Shown: piece after piece, positions 25,894-38,280 of the stretch
Layout: every line of letters begins with the position of its first letter
Numbering within the stretch: position 1 is the first letter of the stretch
Source: Octopus sinensis
Lineage: Eukaryota
Direction of reading: 5' to 3'
Assembly: GCF_006345805.1 (NCBI RefSeq)
Contig: NW_021835988.1
Location: 124,001-188,000, forward strand
DNA: 64,000 bases
The notes under the pieces: generated by a model
What the model saw: the letters and a program-made list of their open reading frames with translations, nothing else
Told to the model about the DNA's origin: nothing
The model's database searches: none
Position numbers and translations under genes: made by a program

Positions 25894-27930
25894 TTAGTTA
25901 TTCCACGTCCTAGCTGTTCGCAAACAAGTATAATCTCTATTTTTTGTCAACACAATAAGGTCTATTTCATCACACTCACTTGGCTTGAATTCGATCATAC
26001 CAATGTAGTAGTTTAGGGAATCGGCTCCTGCAGTGAGAAGGATGGGCAAAGAATAATCCTCAACCCAGCATGTGGACATGACCGAATTGACATGCGACTA
26101 GGATAATGCGCAAGTTGGCAACCATTGGAGTACTACTCCTTAATCGTCCCAGGTTTGTCCCAGAAGAGTCAATGAAATTAATGAACCCCGAATCGAGTGG
26201 AATTGCGACAAGAGACGTCCCCTTACTCACCGCAATTCTACAATAATTGGAAGAAGGAGACCGATTGGGTGAGGTTGGGAGAGAGACAGACAGTCGGTTG
26301 ACTTGCGGAGGTCGAATATTCTGACAGTCCTGTCCTCGCTGGATGAAATGACCATGTCAGTGGGTCCGAACAGGGGTCGGCAAATACTTTCGGAGAAGAG
26401 CCAATTTTGTACATTTTTGGAAATTTCGAAAAATTGAAGAGCCACCTTTTACCACTTGTCAAAAATTTAAATTCATAAAATTAAATAGACATTAATTTAA
26501 AAAATAATTAAGAATTCATTTTAAAAAATTAAATTAATTAGACGCATTAATGAGAAATGTGATTCCTCATTTCTTTGGAGAGTTGGTTAATGTCTGGGTC
26601 GTAAGTCGTTAATTTTAATCTGAGGTTAGATTCCAAATTGTACTTCTTGGTGGATAATACAATGTAGAGTAATCACTTCATGATCAATTCTCCTTTTAAT
26701 TAAAGTTATAAATCCCTTTCTCAATTGAAATCACCGTCACCGTCAGTTGAAATTGAAACCATTTTATTAAGAGGAATATAATTCGTTTCAAAATATTCTA
26801 CGACTGCGCCAACAAGATCTTCACCACGGGTTTGACCCTTTAAAGGCAATAATGCCAAAAGTTCTTGCCTCAGGAAACCTCGAGACACATAACGAACAAA
26901 CAGAGACACCTAAGTATGACATGAACAATGATACTTGTGAAATGTCATTTATATCACATGATTCATCTATTGCTATTGAAATTGAATTAGACAATTTCAT
27001 GTCAGAAACTTGTTGAACAGATACATTCGAAGACATCTTAAAAGTCCTGGTGGGTATTATGTTCGCAGATAAAGATATATTCATTATCTTATTCACGATT
27101 TCTGCCTTATTTGAAAAATCGTGAAAAAGTTCTTCAGAGGTTTTAATGAAACATGCCTTTATAAATTCGCCATCGGTAAATGGTTTTCCCCTTTTTGCGA
27201 TCTCGTGGCTTATCAAAAAACTGACAATATTTGCAGTCCTGGCATTGTGATACCAATATTTAAAAGCGGAATTCTCAACCTGATTATTCTTTGCAAGTTC
27301 CTCTACAGCTTTGTTTCGGGAATCACCAATTGGATATTTTTTTGCGAGCAGCTTACTGTGAGTGGAAGGAATAAGTCTTGACGGCTGACCCTCCACTCCG
27401 CAAGTCCCACAACTTGAAGGTGCAGTCCGCAGAGGCAGAAAAAGCAAGAATATTGCACGTCACCACATTTCTGACTGGGAGAGAGTGCCCGGCCAGTCTG
27501 AGCACCACTTCTCCCCTTTCTGCAGAATAGACGTGGAGGAATTGGTCGCACGACGCCGTGATGACCTGGTCGAGAGAGGCCAGCCAGTCGGCCGCGGAAA
27601 CACTGTCCTTGTGTCCTTTGAGTTGCACTGATGCCACCGACTGGGATTGTGTCGGACATATGTGAGCAGAACAGTCCCGCGAGGTTGTGAGTGCCATTTC
27701 CAGGTGGGGGTGAAATCGGACTGAGTGGACTGCCCCGCCATGTCCTTGATATATCCCGACCGGCCTCCCTGAGTGAAGATCCCACAGACGAACAGTGCGG
27801 TTTTTAACACCACATTGGCCAATACCTGCAGAACACGTCCCGACTATGTGCTTTGTGACCTTCGATCGACAGGTAAGCAGAGACATGAGGGCTTTGACTT
27901 GGCATCCTCCTTTGGAGGTTTTTATAATTA
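25894..27930 (-). pseudogene. WDR37: WDR37-like WD40 gene interrupted by a ~967-bp insertion (26393-27359)
   Basis: GTCSA/DRTVRLWD..YQGHGGAVHSVRFHP..ALTTSRDCSAHI..KGHKDSVSAADWL..ITASCD..AGH..SASADCTFKLWDLR, resuming as ESICRPLFGPTDMVISSSEDRTVRIFDLR..VAIPLD..STCWVED..LLTAGAD. Colinear with remembered WDR37. Confidence 0.8.
26715..27350 (-). mobile_element. hAT transposase fragment (SPIN-like) inside WDR37
   Basis: SFLISHEIAKRGKPFTDGEFIK, SIAIDESCDINDISQ, ELLALLPLKGQTRGED, SISTDG. No TIRs. Confidence 0.85.
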
Positions 27931-28149
27931 TTCTGGTGGTACATTTAATTTATCAAATAAACTAAGTTCAAAATTTTATCAAAAATATAATCAGTTAGAT
28001 ATAAACATCAATTAAACAATTTTGACAATTAAAAAAAGTAATAATTCTCGTTTTATTATTCTAATTTTGTTTTGTGTTTTATTTCTAGTTCATTTATAGA
28101 TTTTTTTATATACAATTTATTTCTTAAAAGAAAACAGAGAGAAAAGAGA

Positions 28150-28375
28150 GTTAACAAGAGGACTCGTAGATGGAGAAACATTTTCCACGTACAATGGCAA
28201 GGGAAATCCTCTGAAGGAGCCATCCACACTCACGCGTGTCGTTTTTCTTGCGAGAAATCAGACGACCCAGCATTTTGAGGAAAATGAGTGACCTGTCACC
28301 GATTACGCCAGAGGTCTCCACGGCGAAAGGGGTAAACAGATAGCGTTCCGAGAGATTGGTGTACTTTGATTACAA
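28150..28375 (-). mobile_element. CRE-clade retrotransposon 3' fragment
   Basis: KYTNLSERYLFTPFAVETSGVIG..LGRLISRKKNDTRECGWLLQRISLAIVRGK. Confidence 0.8.
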
Positions 28376-29547
28376 TCATCTTGTCATAGATAAAAGACTT
28401 GTAAATAATTTTCGCTTATGTGTTCTACAAACTTAAACAACTTTTTTTGATTCACTCCATATGGTAAGAGATTCTGTCATTTTTTCAAAAGTAGATAAAA
28501 AGGATAATGCTTAGAAAATTTTATTTTTTGTTTTATTTGATGAAAATATATTAGATACCCACTCTCCATTAATATAAACCACCTGAATTTTTGTTCCTAG
28601 CTAAATTCAAACAGAATCACATTATTAAATGTTATTTATTTAATTTTTAAAAGTTTTAAATTTATCGAATTAATTACAATAAATTATTACGTGTCACGCA
28701 TGTTATTTTCTTTTCTTGTGTTGTGCTTTTTGTTGTTAATTTTTATTTCTTATTTCAATCTTTTTTATATTGATGTTTTATTTTTATTCTATTTTTTTAA
28801 TTGTTTGAAGATTAATTAAATTTGATTACTGGTAAAATATCATGGATAAATTTTATTTTGCAAGTGAATTTGAATCCATTTTATCGTTTATTTAATCTTC
28901 ATCCAATGCATTTATTTAATCTTAACACAACATATAACTCTCGAAAGTTAATCAAAAACTACTTCCGAAGTTATCCACGACCTGACAGTGTTTCTCCTGG
29001 TATCTGAGTCACCACAGCAAGTTACAAACTCGTCGCCCTTAATTTAAATTCTTCTCAATTTCAAATCTCCAATTCACAAAGTCCGGCTCTGAAATTCACG
29101 TCGCACTTTGTACTAAAAATAAAATACAACAAAAAACCAAATATCAACAAAATGCTCCAAAACCTCATCTCCTGACTGAACTACAAGAATTTCTGAAAAA
29201 TCCTCGTTTTCTTTGAAATAAAAGTTGAATTCAATATAAGAACAAAAGCCAGTAAACGGATGACTGCAATTGGCCAGTTCCACCTAAAGTGGACTTGAAT
29301 GATTACCAGGGTCACTCCAATGTCCTGCTGAAAAAAGACTAAATGCAAGGAAACGTTAATCTACAAAGTACCTTGCAACCTTCACATGTTGCGACTCCGT
29401 AATGAACTCCAGATGAACGGTCACCACAAATTTTACATAAAATTCCATTAAAATTTCCTATATAAAGAGCTTTAGATTTTAAGTAATTCCGCTATTGTAA
29501 ACAAAAATTTCCAACCAATAAAAGTCATATTTGATAAAATGCATTAG

Positions 29548-30790
29548 TTAAATCTTATAAACTATGCGCAATAACGCAAAAATACCGGAGAAAAATGAGG
29601 CAATGCGCTGGAGTAGGGTCGGAGTAGAAGGCCCCTGTATTCCTGACGTCTCAACAGCCAGGGGGACAAACACTCTCCCATTCTCAATTCCAGCGTATTT
29701 CTCAGCTTTTCTCTTCTCTGCCCGTTCAGACGGGGCTCCAGGATTCTCGATACATAATTTGATGTTCTGATTGGAAAAGGAGTTCACACACGTGACGTCC
29801 CAAACCAGACACTTTCCCCTCTGAAATGGAAATGTGGTCATCCCATCGGGTCTTTTGCCGTCCTCTACGAAAATCCCTGCAGGTTCCAATTGTGTGTGGA
29901 ATCCAGCAGTTCGAAGAGATCGACAGATGATCTGGCCGTCCTGAAATCTCTCAGAGATAAACACCCCTCTCAGCCCCACGACTTCAGACCTCAGCCGCCT
30001 TTTGCCACTCTCGCTGTCAATCCCATCGTGGTCTCGGAAGACCTCGTACTGAAAGCCTTGAGGAATTTTTCCCCAGGAAGCAGTGGGGGAGTAGACGGCC
30101 TGAGACCTGGTCATCTAAAAGATCTGACTTCTCCCACTACCGCCGAAGCTGGACGGAGGTTGTTACGCTCGATTACCAACCTGTGCAACCGTTTCATCTC
30201 CGGCTCTCTCCCTGACTTTGCACGTGGGATTTTCTTTTCCGCCAACCTTACTGCCCTTGGGGAAAAGGACAACGGCGTGAGACCCATTGCCGTTGGGAAT
30301 ATCTTTCGGAGGCTCTCTGCCAAACTTCTGTGCCACGCAATCGTCTCCTTTTTGTCTCAAGTGTTTCTCCCCGCCCAACTCGAGGTCGGTGTCCCAAACG
30401 GCTGCGAAGCGGCCGTTCATTCCATCCGTGAACTCATCGAATCTTCCCAGTCGGCTATCATGGTCAAACTAGACGTCTCAAACGCTTTCAATTCCATCAG
30501 ACGTGACCACCTGCTAGAGTGCTGTCGCGAACTGGTTCCGTTCGCTTATCCCCTTGTACATCTCTCATACGCTTCCTCGAGTATCCTTATGTTCGACGAT
30601 GTTCCCATCTCTTCGGCCATTGGGGTCCAGCAGGGAGATCCCCTGGGTCCTGTCCTTTTTGCCTTGGGCGTTAACAGTATTGCTCACTCTGTTCGATCCC
30701 CAGTTAACATATGGTATCTGGATGACGCAACCATTTGCGGTCCCCCCGATGCTGTTTTTGACGACCTTTGTTCTGTTCTCCCTTCCCTCT
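29548..30790. mobile_element. CRE-clade retrotransposon with an internal inversion: REL domain on -, RT on +; junction ~29923
   Basis: RT on +: GVDGLRPGHL, GVRPIAVGNIFRRL, QLEVGVPNGCEAAVH, GVQQGDPLGPVLF, WYLDD. REL on -: EPAGIFVEDGKRPDGMT..LVWDVTC..KY..PLAVETSG. Confidence 0.88.
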
Positions 30791-31919
30791 CGAAAATTAA
30801 TTCAAATAAATGTATTTTAATATGGATGTAACCTTTTCGGTCTTTTATTAAATATTCATTTCAGAACGAGAGCATTGAAGAGAGGCCAATAAACGAATTG
30901 CTCAACTCAAACAATTTTTTGGATGTTCAGAAATACTCAATTTGATTTTCAGTGTACAAAAATGCAGCAATCGCGTGGAATTTCAGGAAGTCGAGGACTA
31001 CTACCAGCGTACATTAAAGAACTTGTCAGGAGTGTCTCTGAAGACATGTAAGAACGCATCTTCCCCTTCGAGAGAAGTCACTTTGGTGTTATCCACAAAA
31101 GACGTGACAATCCTAACTCATTACAAGCTGGTAGACTCGACATAGATCGAACGAATCGCGAAAGGATTTCTTTCTTAAAAATTGTCAAAGAAATCAGTGA
31201 TTGATGGGAATTTATGTCCGAGGTTGTGTTGAGTGTAGACTGCCATGTGTGGCATAAAAAATCTGTTCGTCAATCTCGAGTTGGAACAGAAAGAATACGT
31301 CATGAAGGTTGTCTGCTATCGAAAATGAGGAGGTTATAAAAATTGAAGCCCCGAGCAAAATCTGTTTCAGGAAATTCACAGTCTTGGCGGCTTTGGTCGA
31401 ACGAGTGATACAAATGGAGTGAGGAAGTCAAAAATTCACGAACTAGCGCTTACTGTCGGGATTTGATGTAGTTGTGCCGACTGTACAACATTAAGCGTAA
31501 AATGAATTTTTACTATTCTCTTTTCTACTGATATACGACGGAATTGTACAGCCATAATTACATTACGGTGTCCTCTCTGAGAATAGAACTGCTCGCCGGG
31601 GGGTCGACGGTGTCTGAACAGAAGTATTTGTTATGCGTCCGAACGAACAATATGAGATATGAGGTTAAAACAGTTTAGATTTCTTTTTTGGATTATATTG
31701 TGTACATTCCACTATCATGCAAATTCATGAATGGATAAATAAAAACCCGCTTGATTTTGACGTGTGGTTCTATTCTGATGAGACAGGTCGGCCAATTTTG
31801 GAAAGGACTCAGAGGGATTGCAATCCTCTTGATTTTTGATTAAGTCGAAATTTCAACGTGAATCCGTTCCCTCCTATCGATTTTACTTATTACGGAAACT
31901 ATATCTGTGATGTTTGTTT

Positions 31920-32410
31920 TATTGCGGGCTGCTAACTTTTGCTTCCCCGTCAGTCTCTGGAGGATCTTGTCACCGTGGTAATTTTACTCACAGTGGAGTG
32001 GATCGTCGATGTTTTGGACAAGTCCTCTTTTGTCCTTTCCGAAATTCAAATTCACGAGATGATGAACGTCGGCTATTCGTTTGCCTGTAATAATAAATTG
32101 GCAATAGCCCATTTTGACTACCTTTTACTTCACGATTTTTCTGAAAACTATTTCAAGTCGACAAACGGAGCCAACGGAGTCGCTTTTGAGGTTCGAGCCA
32201 ATCCTTAAAAACAAGGGAGAACATATTCTTCATTTAGTCAGTTCACGTGACTCGACTGTTCAAATATTTGACTTGAGATGTAATGGGAACGAGAAATGCG
32301 TCCATTTTATTTTTAAGGGATTTTTCGGTTCTTGTTATCAGCAATATCAGTTGGAGGCAAGGACGAGTCCTCGAGTGCTGTGTGGATCTCATTCTCAGTT
32401 GTTTTCTTAT
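31920..32410 (+). pseudogene. Fragment of an unidentified WD40-repeat gene, truncated by an RT fragment
   Basis: HLVSSRDSTVQIFDLR and LCGSHSQLFSYDLR WD-like ends in frameshifted ORFs 31939-32208 and 32114-32560. Confidence 0.4.
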
Positions 32411-32622
32411 GATTTGCGTTTCTCTTCTCGTTGGCTGAAGAGCTATTTATCAATGAGGAGGTCATACATACGATGCGGAAACCGTTTGTCGGAATCTGTC
32501 GATTTCAAAAGAGGGGTACCTCAAGGCTCGGTCTTGAGCCCTCTGCTTTTTAATATTTAGTTGCTGATATTCCAAAACCGAAAGATCCTACCAGTCGTCT
32601 CATGATCTACGCGGACGACATA
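32410..32622 (+). mobile_element. Non-LTR RT fragment
   Basis: WLKSYLSMR, GVPQGSVLSPLLFNI, MIYADDI; cut at a TA by the following Tigger end. Confidence 0.85.
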
Positions 32623-33533
32623 CAGTCCGACCCCGAATTGGGGCACCAAATGCCCCAAAAAGCGGGGGTGCCCCAAAAACAGGAGTTTAATAAAAACAGA
32701 GATTTTTAAACATCAAAAATCAATTTTAGAAAAATAATCAGTTAATTTATCCCCAGTTTTCCTTTTACTTCTTACATTTTTCATAAAATTAAGTCGAAAA
32801 TCGTAAAATTCTTTAAGCATTTCAGGAGATATGTGAAAAATTTTCTTTTCTAACTGCTCAAGAGAATCTTGCGTTTTTCTTAGACTTGTTTACATGTTAT
32901 CGTTTTCTAAACCTTCGTTATAAATATTATCGACGAATTCGTCATTTTCCCCATCCAATGTTTCGTTTACGGCATTGTTGATTAATTCTTCTGTAATGCT
33001 ATTTTCAATTCTTACGGAATCACGAATCTTTTCAATTTGATTCCAACAATTAAATATTAAACTTGGATCAAGTTTTTCCCAGCTTTTAGAAATTAGCAGG
33101 ATTACCTGACGAAGGTTTATTTTGTTTATCGACCGTTTGAATTCATCACCATCATCCTCAAAGCACAAAAACTGAATCAGATAAATTGAATAATAATCTT
33201 TAAAAGTATTGATTTGAATCTCAGTTCATGACGCTTTTTGAATCTGTCAAGCCAGCTGTTTGAAGCTTTGAAGGAATCAAATCCAATCTTTGAAGCCGTA
33301 TATAAGGCGATTTTCTTTATGAAAGGACCTGATATTGGAACTTTATCTTCCCGTAGTTTCTGAAATATTTCAAAAACTTGATCATCAAATTTTGATTTCT
33401 CACAATAAGGCATAGGATCTTCATCCGTGTTTACAGCTCCTTGTTCAAGAAAAGGCATAATTGATTTTTTTATTCGTGAAATCATGCCTTTACTAGTTTT
33501 ATATAAGAAATACGTCGATAAGAAACTTTCCAC
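32623..33533 (-). mobile_element. Internally deleted Tigger/pogo element, one terminus retained
   Basis: TA followed by a CAGTCCGACCCCG terminus; CENP-B-type HTH (VPISGPFIK..FKASNSWLDRFKKRH) and DDE_1 tail (INLRQVI..SKSWEKL..IFNCW). Confidence 0.8.
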
Positions 33534-33539
33534 ATTCTA

Positions 33540-33940
33540 TTCGGGACCCAACTTCCTTGATAGGGCAGCCCAATACCTCAATAAAGTGATAATCGAGGGA
33601 AGGAAATTATTATCAAACTGATAAAGGAAAGAAACTTCCTCAAACGCATAAAATTTCTAACCAAAGAACCAACTAAGAAAATAAGGACACTGAATATGGC
33701 GAAATTCTATGCGAAAATCAAAAAGGGACATTTATCAACCCCTTTTCCACCTGATCAAGTCACAATGGTAATCCAACACATAAAGAATACAATTTCCTGT
33801 GGTCCAGACGGAATACCAATGATTCTGTTCAAGAAACTAGGCCCTGTAGCTATCACGGTATTAACGGCCATCTACAATCAGTCAGTAAATGAAAATAGTA
33901 TTCCAAATTTATGGAAACAATTTATGGAAACAATATAAAA
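33540..33940 (+). mobile_element. LINE ORF2 fragment (pre-RT region)
   Basis: PFPPDQV..IKNTISCGPDGIPMILFKKL..LTAIYNQSV..IPNLWK. Confidence 0.8.
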
Positions 33941-34232
33941 TCCTACAATCTTAAAACTGAAATCACGGAGATCGCACCTATGGAATTAGAATTGTTTGGG
34001 ATTGGAGACGTTCCAAAAAACTTGGTTCATTCGTTGGAGCCTTTTTTAAATAAAAAGTTTTTCGTTTTTCGCTAGAATTGTTCCAATTACCTTTAAATAT
34101 TCTATTTTTTGTAATGAGAACACAGCCCGGAGGAAAGTACTGTCGACGACAGCGTTAAATAGACTAAAATGGATAGGATGGCTAACAGGCCGGCAACGCT
34201 CGCTTTTCGTTTGCGCCTCTACAAGTTATTCT

Positions 34233-34602
34233 TTGTGTGTCATCGAGAAAAGGACATTACTTGACCTGAAGAAAAACGAAATATATTTATTCTTAGCACT
34301 AAAGAGAACCAAGCTAGTGGGTAATAACATATCCTTAATAAAAAGAGTTAATAAACATTTTCGAATGATATTTGCCTGCAGAAAGTACAACAAAATATGC
34401 CCCATCAACTCTCAAGTCTCCCCAGCCAAGATATGGGAGCATTTATCCACACTATACGACATGGTATCACTTGTTTGTCTTGTCTTATAAACGACAGAAC
34501 AATTCAGAGTCTCTGCCTTTCACTGAGGATGAGGTCGATTTTGAGTTGAGTCTAGCCATGTTCACAAAAAAGCTGTTCAATACAAAATTCCCTCGTTCCT
34601 GA
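34233..34602 (+). CDS. MRGBP: MRG-binding protein / Eaf7 homologue (NuA4 subunit); start codon uncertain
   Basis: Spliced reading EIYLFLALKRTKLVG/VNKHFRMIF..SPAKIWEHLSTLYDMVSL/NNSESLPF matches MRGBP ([41 protein letters not shown]). Introns at 34321-34344 (no AG) and 34473-34497 (25 nt). Confidence 0.78.
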
Positions 34603-35859
34603 CATGTTTTAATGGAACAGGTTTGTGGCCGTTTTTACTTTCCCAGAAGATCACGAGAATCAGCTAGAGACTGCCCTTAGCTTAATCGAATAATTTTTTA
34701 AAACTGTTTAAATAATCTTATATTAAACTGTTTAAATATTTTATCGGCATCGTAATTTGCGCGTCTAAGATCGTGCAGTGTCGCCTTCAGGAAAATCGTT
34801 TAAGACCCGCACGTGTGAAAATATAACTATTATGTTTTTACTGCAGTTGCAAATAATATTAATTGGAAAATTTGTTTGTTAAAAAAATAGCAATTTGTTT
34901 GTTTTGTTCAGGCTGCTCAGCTCATCTCTTCCCGAAAAAAGTGTGGTTGATAAATATTCGAAGGACCTAATTTTGAATATAAAATTTGTCCCCCAGTCAG
35001 AGTTTGCAAATAGACGTCCATTTCGAAGACATTATATTGATTCGAATCAATTACTTCTATGTCGATATAAATTCTAGAGACACTTTTGCCTCAGTGCAAA
35101 ATGAACATATAATTTTGTGAACACCATCACCTAGGAATATATTTCATCCAACTATACCTTAAATTTTGTGATTAATTCATTGACAGTTTGATCATGCCAA
35201 ATATTCTCTTACTCTATTCGTATCCTTTTTACCAGTCGGAAGTTCTGCTCTTATCACTCAATGCTATTCTGCTTGTTTGTTGATTTACATTTTAAACATG
35301 AAAATAATTTTTTCACTCATCCTAGTGCTAATCATTAAATCCGTTAATTTTCAAAGTTGCGATAAACTTGCTCTCTTTTTTATCTCCCGCGTTTGACTCA
35401 TTGAAAAAAAACCATTATGCTGAGTAATATTACTGTAAAGATGATTCTCTTGGGTCCCTTCTATCTTTCTCTCTATGTCGTGGATAAAGGCCGCCGTGAG
35501 ATTTATTGCGATTCCTAAGGTTTAGAATGTGACGAAGGGAAAGCGTTATGGATTAAGAGATTTTGCCATTTCACCTAATTAAAAAATTTGTCAATAAAGA
35601 GAAACATACCCGTTTCCGTTGAGCGCTTTCATTTTTTGTGTCTATGTCGACGAATTATAAAACAACAAGAATCAAACTACTAGAAAGCCCTTTTTATCGA
35701 ATTATGTAAGAAACGGTATTAGAAAATCATGTTTACATTTCATTAGACGAAACTAATTGTCTACCAAGAATGCGACAGAAAAGTAAATCCTTTGAAAAGA
35801 TAAATACAACTAAAGTTTTTGAAACTTTTGGTTTAGAAATAATTTAGAAAAACCTCCTA

Positions 35860-36125
35860 AACATTTTGAACTGACTGAATTTTCTTCTGCTTTCGAAGTT
35901 TAGACTGGATCTGGCTTGCCATCTCCGAGATGGATCATTCTCAAAAAAGTTGGGATTCAATTCGATGTAAAGAAATCTGAAATCAAGCGCCAATCAAATC
36001 GAACTCACCTCACTAAACGCAGCCGCGCAACCCCACGTAGGGAACTAGTTAAATTCCGTCCCACTATCCTCAGCCGGTTTACTTTTGGATGATGAGTCAG
36101 TTTGGCTCGGTACCTGTCTAGGACA
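35860..36125 (+). mobile_element. Decayed CRE-clade fragment (region upstream of REL)
   Basis: SQKSWDSIRCK and AAAQPH..LNSVPLSSAGLLLDDESV, homologous to 49917-50110. Confidence 0.7.
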
Positions 36126-36786
36126 AAATCTCTTTAAACCATTGGTTGATAATTAATGTGTTAATAGATTAATCGTCCTGACGGATTGCTAAACTGTTCC
36201 TCTGAGAACGGCAATCAAAAACCGCTGGAAAGCCAGTTCACCTCCCATGAAGATTTTGTCCCCAGGCTTGCGGAGGAAGTTTTCCGTCTTTAGACCAAGA
36301 GGACCCGACGTCTCCACCGCTATCGGCATCACGAAAAAATCATCCGTAAGGGCAGAACATTTGGTTAGGTTTAAATCTTCAGCCTTCTTAGCAGCAGATT
36401 TAGCCTCCAGAGCAGAGGAAGTTAGCTGTGAAGCAAAAATGTATCCCAACAGGTTGCGTCCCATACGATAACTTTTCCGATTTTAAAAAGAAATAAGGTC
36501 ATCCGTCAGGACGTTTCCCGTCATGGTTTGAGGACCGAACGAAATCCCGACGAATTAAGGAGTCTTTAAATGATCGCATCTTTTTAAATAACAGTAATCA
36601 AAAAAAGTGAAAAAGCCTGCAGAACAGACACAAAAAATAGTATATTTTAAGATAATTGGACCAATTTTGGAAAGGAATTTTTTATTTTAAAATAAAAGGC
36701 TGTTAGTGAGGGTATAATTAAGACCTTCGGCATTTCTGCCTTTTCAGTCCCGCACACACGCTCGCCTCTCAGCCGCAAACTAAGAC

Positions 36787-38274
36787 TTACCGTCTTACCT
36801 GCCACCCAGACATTATCTTTTCTAAGACCTCAGGGAGGCCTTTGAGGGACAATTCCTGGGTGTCTGTGAGCTCCACTCGCCATCCTAAGCCATGGGCTAG
36901 CCGGATGGCTCGTCTTCTGACTTTCTTGAGCGCGTCAACGTACTTCTCTCGGTCCTCACAGAAGTGCCAGGCATGTACGCCATAGGTCAACACGGGTAAC
37001 ACCATGGCGTTAAACACACGTAGCCAAGCACCTCTCCGCAGCCGGAAAGCACGCAACGCGCCTAATCGCTGCATTGCACGCATTTTCGTACGTGCAATGT
37101 GATCATCAAACTTACCGGACGGCTTAAAGAGCACGCCCAAATAAGTCATCCGATCAACTGCAGCAATTGCTGACCCGTTCAGCAATAACCTAGGGGCGTA
37201 ATTAGTGTAACCCCTCGTCCTTTTACAGACTTTGAGAACACTGCACTTGTCCGCACGCATCTTTAGACCCCTACTCCCACACCAGTTTACAAGTCCATCC
37301 ACAGCAACCTGTAGCCTACACCACGCACACTCAGGTTTCATCGAGTGATCCCAGAGGATGATGTCGTCTGCATAAATTACCATTTCAGTACGAGCATTGA
37401 CTGGCATGGGCGCAGATGCCATAAAGACACCGCGAAGGACTGTTCTGACTTTAGAAAAGACCCCCTGATGCCGCACGACCTGTCCGCGAGATTCAAGGAA
37501 CCCCGACAGCCAGCGCCTTAGACACGGAGAAACCCCACACGTGGCGAGGGAGCCCCGGAGGCCGTCGTGCCACACCGAGTCGAAGGCCTTTTCAATGTCA
37601 AGACTAACTAGCATACCGCATTCCTTCTTCTGGAGGGCGCACTTCATCTCAGAAGACACCTTCCATAGGCAGTCTCCACACGAACGACCCTCCCTGAAGC
37701 CCCATTGGAACTCAGGGAGGGCATCAACCACCGTCAGCTCCTCCAGGAGCCTTCGGTGCACGATCCTTTCTAAAATTTTAGATACAGCGGGAAGCAAGGA
37801 AATAGGTCTGTATCCCCCAGGGACATCATGTGGCATCCTGGGTTTTTCAATAAGGATTACCTCAGCCACTTTCCATCTAGAGGGAATCATCCCAAGTCGC
37901 AAGCTCCCGCTAAACAAGACTTGTAAGGCGGTGATCAACAACGGCGGGGCCTTCTTAAAGATGGCCATAGGGATCCGATCCAGACCCGCCGCAGTGTTCT
38001 TACTTCGGGAGATCGCTGCCAGAATCTCCGCTTCGGAAATATCGCCTGCATCGTTCCTTGATATGCCCAGCTGGCAGCGCTTGTCCCACGACAATATCTG
38101 CTGGACAGTATCAAAGGACGATGTCTCCACGAACTGACTTCCGTCACTTCCAGAGATGTTATCGAGGTGGGTCGAAAATATTTCAGCCACCTCAACCGGG
38201 TCCGAAACGAGGGTTCCATCAGAGCGTTTATGGCGCACTGAATTGGCTACCCCTCTCCCCGACAGGCTCTTCAA
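36787..38274 (-). pseudogene. LINE RT, left copy, with an in-frame 39-bp deletion of the PQG motif (~37429)
   Basis: YRPISLL, QWGFREGRS, LDIEKAFDSVWH and YADD are present; VPQGPVLSPTLFN is missing relative to the middle copy. Confidence 0.92.
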
Positions 38275-38280
38275 CTGTTT

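Noticed and set aside
28960-29430. Possible Penelope GIY-YIG remnant (LIYKVPC)
   Set aside because: One short motif only, without the YIG half or RT motifs.
31770-31815. CTGATGAG...GGAAA as a hammerhead ribozyme core
   Set aside because: No stem II directly followed by GAAA and no convincing stems I/III.
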